Shown in pieces: positions 38,331 to 50,014 of a DNA stretch of 64,000 nucleotides. The DNA is from Monocercomonoides exilis PA203. Taxonomy: Eukaryota; Protista; Preaxostyla. Each line of letters starts with the position of its first letter. Position 1 is the first letter of the stretch. The stretch lies in assembly GCA_001643675.2 (NCBI GenBank), contig LSRY02000014.1, forward strand, positions 806,001 to 870,000, in the 5' to 3' direction. Both the position numbers and the translations under genes were made by a program. A model generated the notes under the pieces. That model had not been told where the DNA came from. It saw only the letters and a list, made by a program, of their open reading frames with translations, and did not search any database.

Positions 38331-40831
38331 ATGGAAAGCATACAGACAGGAACAAGCGCTGATATTTTGCTTTCCAATTTATCCAGCTTTAAAAATGTTC
38401 TAATTTCAAAATATACGAAAGGTAGTAGCATAAGCAAACAAGCAAAACAAACTTCAAGTTCAAAAGATTTTGATAAGATCTTGAATTACTTTTTTGAAGA
38501 TTTTATCGGTGCAATGAACAAAACATTTCGCCTACCAGAGAAACGGTTTGAACTTGTTATATATTCTGATAAAGTTTTTACTCAATTTTCTTTGTGTTAT
38601 TCTTTGGAAATTAGCTTTGTTTCGGAAAATCAACTACCAAAACACAGTCAAAAATGGAATGCTTATTCAATTTGTGTAAACAGATATATTATTTACTCAT
38701 CATGCCTTCTGAATAGTCAATCAAATGATAATGAAATCACTTCACGCGTTTTGGAAAAACTTTTAAATTTTATTCCATTTATTGTATCGACTGTATCAAA
38801 ATTACAAATAAAGTTGATACAATCAGCTGTATCTCTGTTATTTTCAGAAAATTATGAAACGAAAACCAACGCAGAAAAACTATTGGAAAGAATGTGTGCA
38901 ATGAGCCAACAGACCCATGATCTTGTTCTTCGAATTTCTTTTCCATCAATAATGGAAAAATTTGAAGACTGTATTATTGACGATTTTCTCCAAAGTTGTC
39001 TCGTTCGCCTTTTTTCTGTTAACAATATTGTGTCTTCTCGTTGTTTGCTCGTATTTCTGCGAGATGCATCGAAGATACTTAAATGTGCAACAGCATCAGA
39101 AGAAAGTTCAGTGTGTATTTTTGTCAATTGTTTGTTTTGCAAACTATTTTTGATCTTTGATCGATTATTTTCAAGGATGCAATTGAAGAGATTTCCTCAT
39201 GGAAACATTTAAATACGCTAAAGCTGATTGGACTTCTTCTTAACATTTGCTCGCCACAAACAAAATCAATAACTGCGCAACAGCACGCTTCTTTACCTTC
39301 TCAAAAATCACCTTCTTCTTCTGTTGATATATCTTCTCAATTACTGAGACAGTTATTCTTCGATATATGCTTGCGGACTGCCTCACTCTGCGGAGGATTT
39401 AATATGAGTGCATTACGACTGAAATATGTCTTGATCGCACTAGAAACTGCTGACGGAACAATTGGCTCAGGCATCTTGGAAAGCGATTTCATGAAGAAAG
39501 AGGGTGGCGAAGATGAGAAGGACGCATGCATCACCAAGCACTGGCAGTCATTCAAATTGAAGCAAGCGGATGACGGAGAGAAGCCTCCAAATCAGGAAAT
39601 CGACTTGCTTTTGCCTGCTGTGCAGATCATAACAGAGATTTTCGCTGCTCCGGAGCTCCATGTTCCGCCTCTCACTTCTCAAAAGGAGCAGATTGATCAT
39701 TCGCTTTATTCTCACTCTGCCCGAGCACAGCTGCTGAAATTTAATCGCGACCAGTCGCTTTCCCAGATCCTCCATGCAGGCAAGGCTCTGACGCGCAACA
39801 GAGAGTTCCAGCGGGCTGTTGTGAATGAAGCTGTGCTGTGTCTCTCTTATCTGCTGATTTTCAATGCTTCTTCTGTCGCATTCCCTGAGTTGGCACAGAC
39901 AGTCCTTGCGTCAATAACAAGATGCACAAAAGACATTGCGCTGACAGAGTTCAGGAAAGAAATAGGCAAAATGACCAGAGCTATCATTGCAAATGCAGAG
40001 GACATCTATCGTCTGCGGAGTGAATCAGGCATTGTCCCAGCTGAAATTGAGAGTTTGCTTTGTTTCTTATTGAATATGATTTTATAATTTTATTTAAACA
40101 ATTAAAAATGAATGTTTTGGTATTTGATAATATTATTCGAATTCTTCTTTTTTTGTTTAGAAGAGGAAATAATAAACCATTCGATTATTTCTCCGATACG
40201 AGCATCCGGAAGGAAACTACCCATTCTACGATTCTGGGAAGAGAAGAAGAAAGAGATGCTTCAGCTACAGTCAAAAGAGAAGCAACAAAAGATTTCTACA
40301 CCTCATGCATCAGATGTACAAGCAGGTGCTGCGAAGAAGGAAGGGAAAAAAGCCAAAAAGGCGACAGAACAGAAAATCATAAGCGAAAAAGTTGTAAAAG
40401 AGAAGCAGACGAAAGATGGACAAAATACTACTGATGATAAAGTTAGCGAGAAAAAATCAAAGGATGGTATGATTGATGAATTTGATATTGCTCCAAAACG
40501 CAGAAAGTTGAAAAAGGAAGAAGGGAAAATAGAAAATGATAAGAAAGAAGTTGAGAATGAAGATGGAGGATCTGTTGATGAAGAAGATGATGAAGATGAA
40601 GAGATTGAAAAGTTGCCTTTTTCGTTTGAAGACGACGAAGAAATAGGAAATGATGATGAATACATCAAACTGGAAACAACTGATGTTGAATCAAAACAAG
40701 CATCTGATGGAAGAAAGGGTCAACAGAAAAAGGATGACAAAAAGAGCAGTAAACAAGCAGGCATATCAGAACAAAGCATCTCTTCGCAACGAAAGAAATC
40801 AAAGAAAAATAAAAAGAGGGAGAAAAAATAA
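38331..40831 (+). CDS. Uncharacterised alpha-helical (ARM/HEAT-like) protein with acidic/basic C-terminal tail
   Basis: Three ORFs join in frame via GT-AG introns at 39111-39176 and 40053-40160. Leucine-rich helical core with an E/D/K-rich tail ending KKSKKNKKREKK. Confidence 0.6.
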
Positions 40832-41068
40832 AGTTTTTCATGTGTTGTATTAACTTCCTTTCAAAGCAAAAAAAAATTACACTTTGATTCTTTTTCCATT
40901 TCACCTTCCTCCATTTCACATAAAAACAAAAGCAAATTCAATTTTTTGTGAGCTTTTATTTTACTCAACTGGTTTTAAAGGAACAAAAAATTTAAGATTG
41001 TAATACAACAAAATGTGAAATGAATTAAAGAAATGGTGATAAAAAAATTACTAATTATAACAATTGTT

Positions 41069-44000
41069 TCAAGCTTTTGATTTTGTAATTGGCTTTGGAG
41101 GCAGCTTTGTTGCACGAGAAGGAACTTGAGAATGAAGTGAATTGCGTTGAGAAGACCACGATGAAATAGAAGAGACAGAAGAGCGAGCAGAAGAAGGACG
41201 AGAAGCTGGACGAGAAGGTGCAGATGACTGAGAAGCAGTTCTTGGAGAGGAAGAAGAGGGAGCAGGAGATATTGAACGTCTTGGAGCACTTAATTTATTC
41301 TGTGACAAATCAGTGGGAGGTTTTATGCGGCTTTTTCCAATGAGGGAAACTCGACCTTTTCGCCTCATCGCATCAATTCTCGCTTTGTCTTCTTCAGCTT
41401 TCTTTCTTTTCTCTTCCTCTTCCCGTTCTTTTTCGTCGCCACCCCACAAATCAGGCGGGGGCGCTACAAAGAAAGGATCAGAGGACACCTGCTCTGAGCT
41501 GAAGGGCTTTGGCATTACTGTTTGAGAAGTCAAAGACGATGAGGTGGTTGGCAAAGATGAAGCAAAAGGAGATGGGGTAAGATTACTCTGATTCACAAAA
41601 GAGTTTGGCAAAATCGAACTGAAAGACAAAGCAGGAGAAAGAGAAGGAGTAGAGAGAAGCGAACTTTGTGTTGTGAGGTGAGAAAAAAGAGGGTCAGAAA
41701 GAAGCGAAGGAAATGGTGACTGAATCTGCTGTGGTGGAAGTGAGGTGAATGATGAAGTGGGTTTTGATGAATTGGGCAATGAATTGAATGATGAAGGGAA
41801 TGATGTGAAAGGTGAGGTGCCAGAGATCAAAGATGATGTTGTGAATGGAAGAGAGGGTGATGAAGAGTTTTGCTCTGTTGCTGGTGACAAACTTGGTATA
41901 TAACTTGAGTTTGAAGGTGGTTGCGCCACTTGCTCTTTTTGATAATTTGCATTTCCTGCGACTTCAGAAGGAATATCAGAAAATTGCTTGGCTTTTTCTT
42001 TTTCTTTATCCCTGCGCAGATCAATGTATCTTCTTTTCGCGTTGTCTGCATCCTGATTCGATGCATTGACACTAAATGATGGTGATTGAGCCTGTGCTGC
42101 AATTGTTGGTTGTGCTTGTTGCTGTTGGATGTCCTTCTCAACATCTTTGTAATCATACGGTGATGATTTGGTGTCTATTGGAGTTGTTTGCTTTCCATTT
42201 CTGGATTGCTGCGTTAGTATCTCCATCTTCAATTTCTGTAGTTCTTCTGTTTTTTCATTGATGATCTTGTCTTTTATCTCAATTAATGATGAATATTTAT
42301 CTACAATAGTTTTCAATTGAATTTCACTCTGCTTTTTGGTTTCTTCTGCTTTCTGTTCAGCTGCTTTTGTCTTTGCCTTCATTTCGTCTTCCATCGCATC
42401 AGCTTTCTCTTTAATTAGCTTCAGTTGCTGTAACATCGTGCTTTTTCTCTCTTTCGCACCAAGCTCTGCCTCCAACGCTGCATTCTTCTCTTCCATTTCT
42501 CGAAGCTGTTTCTCAGCTTGTCTTGTTCTTTCTCTCAAATTTATCTCTTCTTTTTTCTCTTCTGCTCTTCTTCTGTCTCTCTCAGCATACTCTTTCACTT
42601 CTGCTTTGAGCGACTGTATTTCCGCCTCATAGGCAGTTTTCAGCATCTCTCTGCTTTCTTCCGCCCTCTTCCTCTCTGACTCCATCTGAGACTTTATTCC
42701 TTCCATTGCTCCTTCAGCACCAACACATCGGCACGACAGCGCAGATGCTTGTGTTTTAGCTTCGCGAAGCAGTTGTTCTGCTTCTTCTGCTCGCGCTTTT
42801 AAGCTTTGCGTCTCGCCACGATGCATCAAAAGCTCGCTTTGCATCATTTGCAGTTGCTTTTCTGTGTTTATTCTTCTCTTTCTCTCTTCTTCAACCATTT
42901 TTTGCATCGTTTCACGAAACGCTAATTCTCCCATTGTGTCTTTTTGTTGAAAGCCTTGTAAGCTGCTGAATGGAGAAATGCCTGGAACGTTTGAATATTC
43001 GCTCTGCATTTGGTTTGCTTGAGGCGATACAGCTTTTGGTGCTAGCTGAATTTCCAGCAATTCTGCTGATTTTGAGTCGATTTCTCTTCTCAGTCGGTCC
43101 AGTTCTGTTCTATATCTATCTTCGCGTTCTTTCCAAGCGCTAGATTTGCGTTTCAGCTCTTCTTCAAGACGCTCGTTTTCTTCTTTTTCTTGATTCAACT
43201 CGTCTTCCAACAGCTTTCTGCTTTCTTTCAGTTGTTTGATGGTGTCGTTGAGTGGAAATTCGGATTCAGAATTCAACGGCTGAGGAGGTGCGAATGAAGA
43301 AGCATCTTGAGCAGAAGACAACGCTCTTTGTGAAGAAGACGACTGAAAAGAAGGCGCAGCAGTGAAGGAGTCCTCCTTTTGCTTTGAAGATCTTCCTGCC
43401 CCCAGAACAATAGGTGCACCTTTCTTTCTTCCTTCTTTTGCCCTCTCGTTTTTCATTTCACTTAATTTTTCGACTTCAAAATTCATTTTGTTGCATTTAT
43501 CTTCAAGTTCATTGATGATACTTGACAGTCGAGCAACTTCTCTCTCTCTTTCTCTTTCTTTCTCTGCCACTTCTTTCTCAGCTTCCGTTGCAACGCGGAG
43601 CATCTCCCGCTTGCTTTGTTCTTCTCTCTCTTTCTCCCTCTCTCTCCACTCGTTTTCTCTTTCTCTTTCTCTTTCTCTCCATTCGTCTTTCTCTTTTTCC
43701 CATTCATCTTTCATTTCTCTTTCTCTTTCCTCCCATTGGCGTTTCTCTTCAAAGTGCTTTTCATTCATCATCACTGCTTTGCTTTCAGATGATGCTGCTT
43801 CAACCTCCATCTTATGCACTTTCTCCTTCAAAGTCTTCAATTCTTCTCTTTCTTTCATCATTTGCGCTTCAAATTCTTCTTCTTTCTTTCTCATTTCTCT
43901 GTTATGTGTCAATTTTTGCTCTTCCATTTTGACTTTTATTTGCTCTTTTTCATTCTCCTGCTCTTGTTCTCTTATTTTCTCTTTCTCTTTCTCTCGTTTC

Positions 44001-47000
44001 ATTAATTCTTGTATGTCTCCTTCCAGTTCATCAACCTCTTTCTGTTTTTCCTTCAGCTTCTTTTCCAGTGCTTCGTTTTCTTCACGTAGAACTCTCAACA
44101 AAACACCAGCTCTTTCTTTTCTGTCATCGCCAAGGAAGTTAACCCTCTTCTCATCTGCCCTTTTTAACGATCCTTCGTCTCCTTCGTCTGACCCAAGCTC
44201 TGATTCACTTAGACGTGTTTGAAGCATCCGTTCTTTGCTTCTTAAACTCTGGTTTTCTTCTGCAAGTTCATTAAGTTTGATTGTCAATTGCTTCTTTGTT
44301 TTGATCGCTTCTCTTTCCGCATTTTCCTTTTCTTCTCTCCTTTTTTCTTCCTCTTCCTCAATCTGTCTTCTCTTTTCTTTTTCACTTTTGATTTGTTGTT
44401 TAAGTTGCTTCACTTCTTCCTCCAGTTCCTCTTCTCTCTCTTTCCATTCTTTCTCCTCCTTTTCTCTCTTCTGCGAATCTTTCCTCTTTTCTGCTTCTCT
44501 TTGCTCTTCCAGTTCTTCTCTTCTCCTTCTTTCTTCCTCTGCCTCATTCACAACGCTTATGACTCTTTTCTCTAATTCAGCGATTCTCTCATCTTTTGTT
44601 GCTTCCTCCACACTTACTGGGCCAGTCGCTTCCTTTGTTTTTTCTTCTTCCTTCTGATTTTCTTTCTTTCTTAATTCTTTCAGTTTCTTTTCCAGCTCAT
44701 TATTTTTTTCTTCAAGCTCTATTTTCTCCTGTTCTATCTCCTCTTTGTCTTCTTGAAGCTCTTTCATTTCTTTTTTGCTTTTGTTCAGTTCTGCTTTTAT
44801 TTTTCTCATTTCATCTTTCAAGTTTTCAACATCTTTCAATGATGCTTGGTATTGTTCATCGAAATCATCTTTCTCTTCTTTTCTTTTCTTTTCTTCATTT
44901 TCTTCAATTTGCTTTTTGCCTGTTTTCTTTCCTTTTTTGTTCCTTAACTCTTTCTCTTCATCATCGTTTTCTTCTTCCGATTCTTCAGCATTCTCAAATG
45001 AATCTAATTCTTTCTTTCTCTTTTCTTTCTGAGAGCTTGGCGACCCTAAAACGGCTTTTTCTGAGAGTAGTTTTTCTATTTGCTGAGATAAAAGTTTCAC
45101 GTTTTCCATATTCGCTCTTTCTCTTTCTCTCTCCTTTTCCTTTTCCCTTTCCAGTTCTTCTTGCAGATTTCTTGATTTCTCTCTTTCTCTCCTAATCTCT
45201 TCATCTTTTTCTGTGATTCTTTCTCTTTCTCCTTGAAGTTTGCGTTCTTTTTCATCTGCTTTTTCCTTTTCTTTTCTAATATCTTTTTCCATTTCTTCTT
45301 CTTGTTCCTTCATTCTTGCCTTCAGTCTGTCGATTTCTTGTGCTTTTCTTTCCTCCACATCTCTTATTTTCTCAGACAATAGTTTAATTTCTTTCTCGTT
45401 CTCTTTCACTTCTGCATCTTCTTTTTCGAGCTCAACCTTCAAAAGTTGGATCAAACGATTAGCTTCTGCTTTTTCTCTTTCGAGTGTCTTCATTGCCGTC
45501 TGAAGTTCTTTCAATTGCTGTTCAACTTTCTTCTTCTCATCTTCTTTTTCTTCTTCCATTTTCTGCCTCTGCTGCATAATGTTCTCCATTTCTTTCACTC
45601 CTCTTCCCATTTCTTCCATCTGCTTTCTGAGCGTGTTTCCTCTTTCTTTCTCTTCATTGAGTAGCACTTGAAGATTCTCTCTCTCCTTTTTCTCTTCCTC
45701 TCTCATTTTCAGTTCTCTGGCGCTTTCTTCCTCTCTTTTCTGCCTTTCTGCATCTCTTTCTTTCTTTGCCTCTTCTCTTTCGCCTTTCCATTCAGCTTCT
45801 CTTTCATTCCATCTTGCTTTCGCCATTTCTCCATCTCTCGCCTTCTCCTCTTCCAATCTTTTGATCTTGTCCTCATATTGTTCTTTCTTTATTTTCCATT
45901 TTCCTTCTCTTTCAATCCAATCAAGCCTCTCATTGATTGTTTGCTCGTCTTTCTCTTTGCGCTTGTTCCGTTCTTCTTCCAGCATCTCTTTCAGTTTATT
46001 TATTTCCATTTGAAGTTGTCCAACTTCTTTTTGCTTTTGTTTTTCTTTCTCTCTATCAATTGCTTCTTGCTCTTCTTTTTCCTTTGCTTTTTTGATTTCT
46101 TCTTCTTCTCTCTTTCTTTGAATCTCCAGTTTCAATGCTTCCAACTGCTCCTGTCTTGCTTTTTCTTTCAATTCTTCTTGTTCTTTTTCTTCCGCCCTTC
46201 TCTTCTCTTCTCTTTCGTTCATCTCTTTCTCCCATTTTGCTTCTCTTTCTATTCTCCTCCTTTCTCGTTCCTCTTCTCTCTCTTCTTGCTCCAAATACTT
46301 CTTTTTTTCTTCTTCTTTCTCTTTTGTAGCTCGCTCCTCTTCGAGTTTTCTTGCTCTTTCTCTTTCCTCTTCTTCTCGTTTTCTTTGTCTTTCCCTTTCT
46401 TCTCTCTCAATCTCCTTCTCCTTCGACAAATGCTCCATCAGCGCATACAATGGCGCAGTCACAGAAGCCAATGCAAAGCCATCAAGAGGCGAAGCTGCTT
46501 TGTTTTGAGATGAAAATATCGGCGATTGGGAGGGCAGTGCTGGTGTGGTTGAAGTGAACATCGTGTTTTCTGGTGACAAAACAGTGGGAGAAGGGAAAGA
46601 CGTGATAGGACTTGGAGAAGGGGATGAATAAGACGAAGAATGAGGTGACTCTTTGTTTGATGAAGATGAACTAGAAGAAGCTGATTGTGCTTCAATAGGA
46701 AATTGTTTACTTCGTCTAAGTTTCGCATCACTTTGCACAACATTTTTAGAAGGTGATGAGCTTCTTTTGTTTGACTGCTCTTTTCCTCTTTCATTGCTTG
46801 TTGATCTTCTTTCAGCAGAAAGATTCTTCCGCAACGGAGCAGTCTGCATTTTTCTCCTTTCCTCGCTTTCTCTTTCATTCGCACCAGTCGGCTTGATCTT
46901 TTTCTTTGCTCTTAAAGGCGAAGTTTGTCTGCCTATTGAACCGCTCCTTCCTTTCCACAAAGGCTGCCTCAGCGGCTGAGTTCTGGCTGTTACGGTTTTT

Positions 47001-49519
47001 GCCTTTTTCTTCTTCTTCTTCGGAGTCGAATCTATTTGCACAGGAGATGAAGCAATAAAAGGATTGTCTGTTTCTTGTTGTGATGACTTTACATTTGAAC
47101 GAGTAAAACGAACTGGTGCTGTTTTCATTGCAATTGCAGCAGCTCTTTCTTCTGTCTCTCTTCTCAGTCGATCAGATGGGCTCTCTTCAATCTCCATCTT
47201 CTTTTCGTTTCTGATTCCTTCCTCTTTTATTCCATATGCATTCGGCTGAGACATTTGCTGCTGTCCTGTTCTTTTGTCTTTCTCAAGCCCCATTTCATCT
47301 ACTTCCATCACAACAGGAGTCCAAAACAAGCTGTCTCTTGGAGAAAATGCATTTTTGGTTCTGTCCTGATTTTCGCCATATTTTGAGCGAGTTGCTCTTT
47401 CGTTTGTGCTGTCGCTGCTTTCATCATCTTCTTCACTTCTTCGCATCGTTTTTCGTTTTTCATTCTTTTCTTTGTGTTTCCTTTTTTCTTGTTTTCTTTT
47501 CTTTGCTTTTTCGCTTGTTGATGAATCGCTTTCACTTGTTGTTTCTTCTTTTTCTTTAGCATCACTTTCGGTCTCGCTTTCTTTGCTTTCCTCTTCCAAA
47601 TATTTGTCCACTTCCTTCATCAGCATTGCCAATTCATTTGTTGTGTTTGTTCCCATCACCCCTTTTATCCAATCTGTTTCTTTGTGTTTTTCGTTTTCGT
47701 CTTTAATCCCTCGTTTTGTTGTGCGCATCTGTCTTTTTGATTTGCTTTCTTTGTTTTTGTGTTTTCTTGACTTTTTGTCTTTTTTATTCTTTTTTGAGTA
47801 TCTATCACTTTTTCTTGAAGAGGACGATGATGATGAAGAAGATGAGGAGAAGGAAGATGAGGAAGATGACGAGTCATTTGAACTTGAATCATCATCGTCT
47901 GAAATTGAATCATAACCATGCCTTTCTTTTGTTTTATCTTTTCGATTGTCTTTTTTCTTTTCTTCCTTTTTGTGTTTGTCAACTGTTTTATGAGTTTTTT
48001 CTTTGGGAGAAGAATCTTCGATATCATTTTTTGTTTTGGTCATGGAATAGCTTAATTGCTCTGATGAAGTTAAATCTTGATCCTCTTCTTTTGTATCTTC
48101 AATATTTCTTTCTTTGCCTCTGTTCATTAAGCTTTCTTCTTTAATCTCTGCTCTATCTTCTTTTTCATCATAAACGTCGTCGTCGTCTTGTTGAGGACTC
48201 TGTTTTATTTCTTCATGATTTTCATTTGCCTCATTCGCTGCTGTTTCTGTGGGCGTCACTTCTTCATCCACCTCAACAGGAGGTTCATCAGAATCATCTG
48301 AATCTTCCAGAAAAGCGGCAGCTGTCATTATTGGTTTATTCATCGAACCTGGAAAGGCAATAGAAGTTGGACTAGACAAATTTTCATTGTTGTCCTGTTG
48401 CTTCTTAGGAGCTTTATTGTCTGAAGTTGTTGATGATGAAGTCGTTGTTGCATCTTCTTTCTGAGGAACTTCTGAAGCTGAATCTCTTGCATATGCAAGA
48501 GATTCTATTGATGATGCGCTGTCGGAGTGTGTATCTGATGATGTGAGTGTGTTTTCGTTGTTTTTAGTTGATGTTTTTGATTCTTTTTCTTTTATAGATT
48601 CATCTGAAATTTCTTTTTGCTCTTTGCTTTCTTCATTTGTTCCTCCTAAAGAATCAGTTTTGTGATGTCTTTTTCTTTTCAGTGCAGATCCAAAAGGATT
48701 TTCATCTTCCAAATCTTCTTCACTGCTTGACCCAAAGTCATTCGAGCCATCAGTCAAATTTTCATCATCATCATTATCAAAATGATCTTCCTTCGCCTTT
48801 TCTGGAAGTTTTTGGATATCATCATGATCATTTGTTTCGGTTGATTCTTTTGATTCCAAAAGTCCATTGTCCGTTTCATTTCCTTCTTTATTCGTTCCAT
48901 AATTTCCTGTTGAATTCTCAGAAAATTGTGATTCTTTCACTTCTTTGTTTTCATTTGATTCATTTTTTAATGATGTTTCGTTTTTGTCAGTTTCTTCTTC
49001 GTCATCGTACTTCACCGTAAAATATTTTGCAATTGCATCGTCAATACTATCCGTTGATCGTTCGGTCATCCCTTCTTGAAGACCAGAACTATGAATTGTT
49101 GAGTGATCATCTTTTTCATCTTTTTGATCAGAAACATCGTCAACAGAACTAAGAAGATGACCTTCGTGTGTCCTATCACTGTCTCCCATATTTGTTTTAT
49201 TTGCATCATTTTGTTTGTGTTGATTTAATGATGAAGATGAAGTGTTTTCCAAATCAATTGAAATATCATCAATATTTGAGTAATCAGGAAGCTCTGACAT
49301 TTGTGGAGATTGAAATTGATGTATTGCATCAATTCTTGGACTTTTAGATGATTGTCGAAATGATTCTTCAATTGAAGAACCACCAAAACGATAAGTTGGA
49401 TAATATGATTGTTGGCCTGTTGCGTGCCTATATTCATCATCATCAATTGATGTGTCTTCGTAATAATCTTCTTCATCGTATGTAGATGGATTTCCTCCAT
49501 ATTTCCATGAAGTAGACAT
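41069..49519 (-). CDS. Single-exon 2,816-aa protein: disordered acidic N-terminus, long E/K/R coiled-coil/SAH core, Ser/Pro tail
   Basis: Uninterrupted 8.45-kb ORF with about 1,400 aa of E/K/R-dominated helical sequence; no recognisable catalytic domain. Confidence 0.85.
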   Translation of the reverse strand: MSTSWKYGGNPSTYDEEDYYEDTSIDDDEYRHATGQQSYYPTYRFGGSSIEESFRQSSKSPRIDAIHQFQSPQMSELPDYSNIDDISIDLENTSSSSLNQHKQNDANKTNMGDSDRTHEGHLLSSVDDVSDQKDEKDDHSTIHSSGLQEGMTERSTDSIDDAIAKYFTVKYDDEEETDKNETSLKNESNENKEVKESQFSENSTGNYGTNKEGNETDNGLLESKESTETNDHDDIQKLPEKAKEDHFDNDDDENLTDGSNDFGSSSEEDLEDENPFGSALKRKRHHKTDSLGGTNEESKEQKEISDESIKEKESKTSTKNNENTLTSSDTHSDSASSIESLAYARDSASEVPQKEDATTTSSSTTSDNKAPKKQQDNNENLSSPTSIAFPGSMNKPIMTAAAFLEDSDDSDEPPVEVDEEVTPTETAANEANENHEEIKQSPQQDDDDVYDEKEDRAEIKEESLMNRGKERNIEDTKEEDQDLTSSEQLSYSMTKTKNDIEDSSPKEKTHKTVDKHKKEEKKKDNRKDKTKERHGYDSISDDDDSSSNDSSSSSSSFSSSSSSSSSSSRKSDRYSKKNKKDKKSRKHKNKESKSKRQMRTTKRGIKDENEKHKETDWIKGVMGTNTTNELAMLMKEVDKYLEEESKESETESDAKEKEETTSESDSSTSEKAKKRKQEKRKHKEKNEKRKTMRRSEEDDESSDSTNERATRSKYGENQDRTKNAFSPRDSLFWTPVVMEVDEMGLEKDKRTGQQQMSQPNAYGIKEEGIRNEKKMEIEESPSDRLRRETEERAAAIAMKTAPVRFTRSNVKSSQQETDNPFIASSPVQIDSTPKKKKKKAKTVTARTQPLRQPLWKGRSGSIGRQTSPLRAKKKIKPTGANERESEERRKMQTAPLRKNLSAERRSTSNERGKEQSNKRSSSPSKNVVQSDAKLRRSKQFPIEAQSASSSSSSSNKESPHSSSYSSPSPSPITSFPSPTVLSPENTMFTSTTPALPSQSPIFSSQNKAASPLDGFALASVTAPLYALMEHLSKEKEIEREERERQRKREEEERERARKLEEERATKEKEEEKKKYLEQEEREEERERRRIEREAKWEKEMNEREEKRRAEEKEQEELKEKARQEQLEALKLEIQRKREEEEIKKAKEKEEQEAIDREKEKQKQKEVGQLQMEINKLKEMLEEERNKRKEKDEQTINERLDWIEREGKWKIKKEQYEDKIKRLEEEKARDGEMAKARWNEREAEWKGEREEAKKERDAERQKREEESARELKMREEEKKERENLQVLLNEEKERGNTLRKQMEEMGRGVKEMENIMQQRQKMEEEKEDEKKKVEQQLKELQTAMKTLEREKAEANRLIQLLKVELEKEDAEVKENEKEIKLLSEKIRDVEERKAQEIDRLKARMKEQEEEMEKDIRKEKEKADEKERKLQGERERITEKDEEIRREREKSRNLQEELEREKEKERERERANMENVKLLSQQIEKLLSEKAVLGSPSSQKEKRKKELDSFENAEESEEENDDEEKELRNKKGKKTGKKQIEENEEKKRKEEKDDFDEQYQASLKDVENLKDEMRKIKAELNKSKKEMKELQEDKEEIEQEKIELEEKNNELEKKLKELRKKENQKEEEKTKEATGPVSVEEATKDERIAELEKRVISVVNEAEEERRRREELEEQREAEKRKDSQKREKEEKEWKEREEELEEEVKQLKQQIKSEKEKRRQIEEEEEKRREEKENAEREAIKTKKQLTIKLNELAEENQSLRSKERMLQTRLSESELGSDEGDEGSLKRADEKRVNFLGDDRKERAGVLLRVLREENEALEKKLKEKQKEVDELEGDIQELMKREKEKEKIREQEQENEKEQIKVKMEEQKLTHNREMRKKEEEFEAQMMKEREELKTLKEKVHKMEVEAASSESKAVMMNEKHFEEKRQWEEREREMKDEWEKEKDEWRERERERENEWREREKEREEQSKREMLRVATEAEKEVAEKEREREREVARLSSIINELEDKCNKMNFEVEKLSEMKNERAKEGRKKGAPIVLGAGRSSKQKEDSFTAAPSFQSSSSQRALSSAQDASSFAPPQPLNSESEFPLNDTIKQLKESRKLLEDELNQEKEENERLEEELKRKSSAWKEREDRYRTELDRLRREIDSKSAELLEIQLAPKAVSPQANQMQSEYSNVPGISPFSSLQGFQQKDTMGELAFRETMQKMVEEERKRRINTEKQLQMMQSELLMHRGETQSLKARAEEAEQLLREAKTQASALSCRCVGAEGAMEGIKSQMESERKRAEESREMLKTAYEAEIQSLKAEVKEYAERDRRRAEEKKEEINLRERTRQAEKQLREMEEKNAALEAELGAKERKSTMLQQLKLIKEKADAMEDEMKAKTKAAEQKAEETKKQSEIQLKTIVDKYSSLIEIKDKIINEKTEELQKLKMEILTQQSRNGKQTTPIDTKSSPYDYKDVEKDIQQQQAQPTIAAQAQSPSFSVNASNQDADNAKRRYIDLRRDKEKEKAKQFSDIPSEVAGNANYQKEQVAQPPSNSSYIPSLSPATEQNSSSPSLPFTTSSLISGTSPFTSFPSSFNSLPNSSKPTSSFTSLPPQQIQSPFPSLLSDPLFSHLTTQSSLLSTPSLSPALSFSSILPNSFVNQSNLTPSPFASSLPTTSSSLTSQTVMPKPFSSEQVSSDPFFVAPPPDLWGGDEKEREEEEKRKKAEEDKARIDAMRRKGRVSLIGKSRIKPPTDLSQNKLSAPRRSISPAPSSSSPRTASQSSAPSRPASRPSSARSSVSSISSWSSQRNSLHSQVPSRATKLPPKPITKSKA

Positions 49520-49756
49520 AAAATATAGAAAATGAAATGTTTATTTAAAACAAAGTAAATATAATATGGGAGCAAATTTTTTTGTTTTCGAAAATTATTG
49601 AAATTTCAGATGAGTTCTTTAATTGTAACTTTTGAGATTAATATTTCATGAGTTTCTTGTTATTTTTATTACAATTTTTGCAACATGCATTATTATTTTT
49701 TTATTTTTGTATCAAAAACTGGATTTTTTCGATAAGAAAACAGGCATAAGCTATAT

Positions 49757-50014
49757 GGGTAATTATTTTTGAAATCATAACTTTTTTCGGGGTGTTGTTT
49801 TTTTCAAAGGTTGTTTATCATTGGGAAAACCTTTTGTTATAAAATGCAACAACAATCACAATTGTTTAAAAAAACAAATGTTTTTGCTTTTAATATGATG
49901 GAGATGTCATCAATAAGACTTTTCACTTTCGTGTGTGAAATTGTTTATATTAAAGTGAAATTTTCGAACCGAAATTTATGAAAGAAAAAAACATGATTTC
50001 AAAAATATTCACCC
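49757..50014. mobile_element. MITE family A copy 2 (258 bp)
   Basis: TIRs GGGTAATTATTTTTGAAATCAT / ATGATTTCAAAAATATTCACCC, with ATAT duplicated at 49753-49756 and 50015-50018; colinear with copy 1. Confidence 0.9.
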
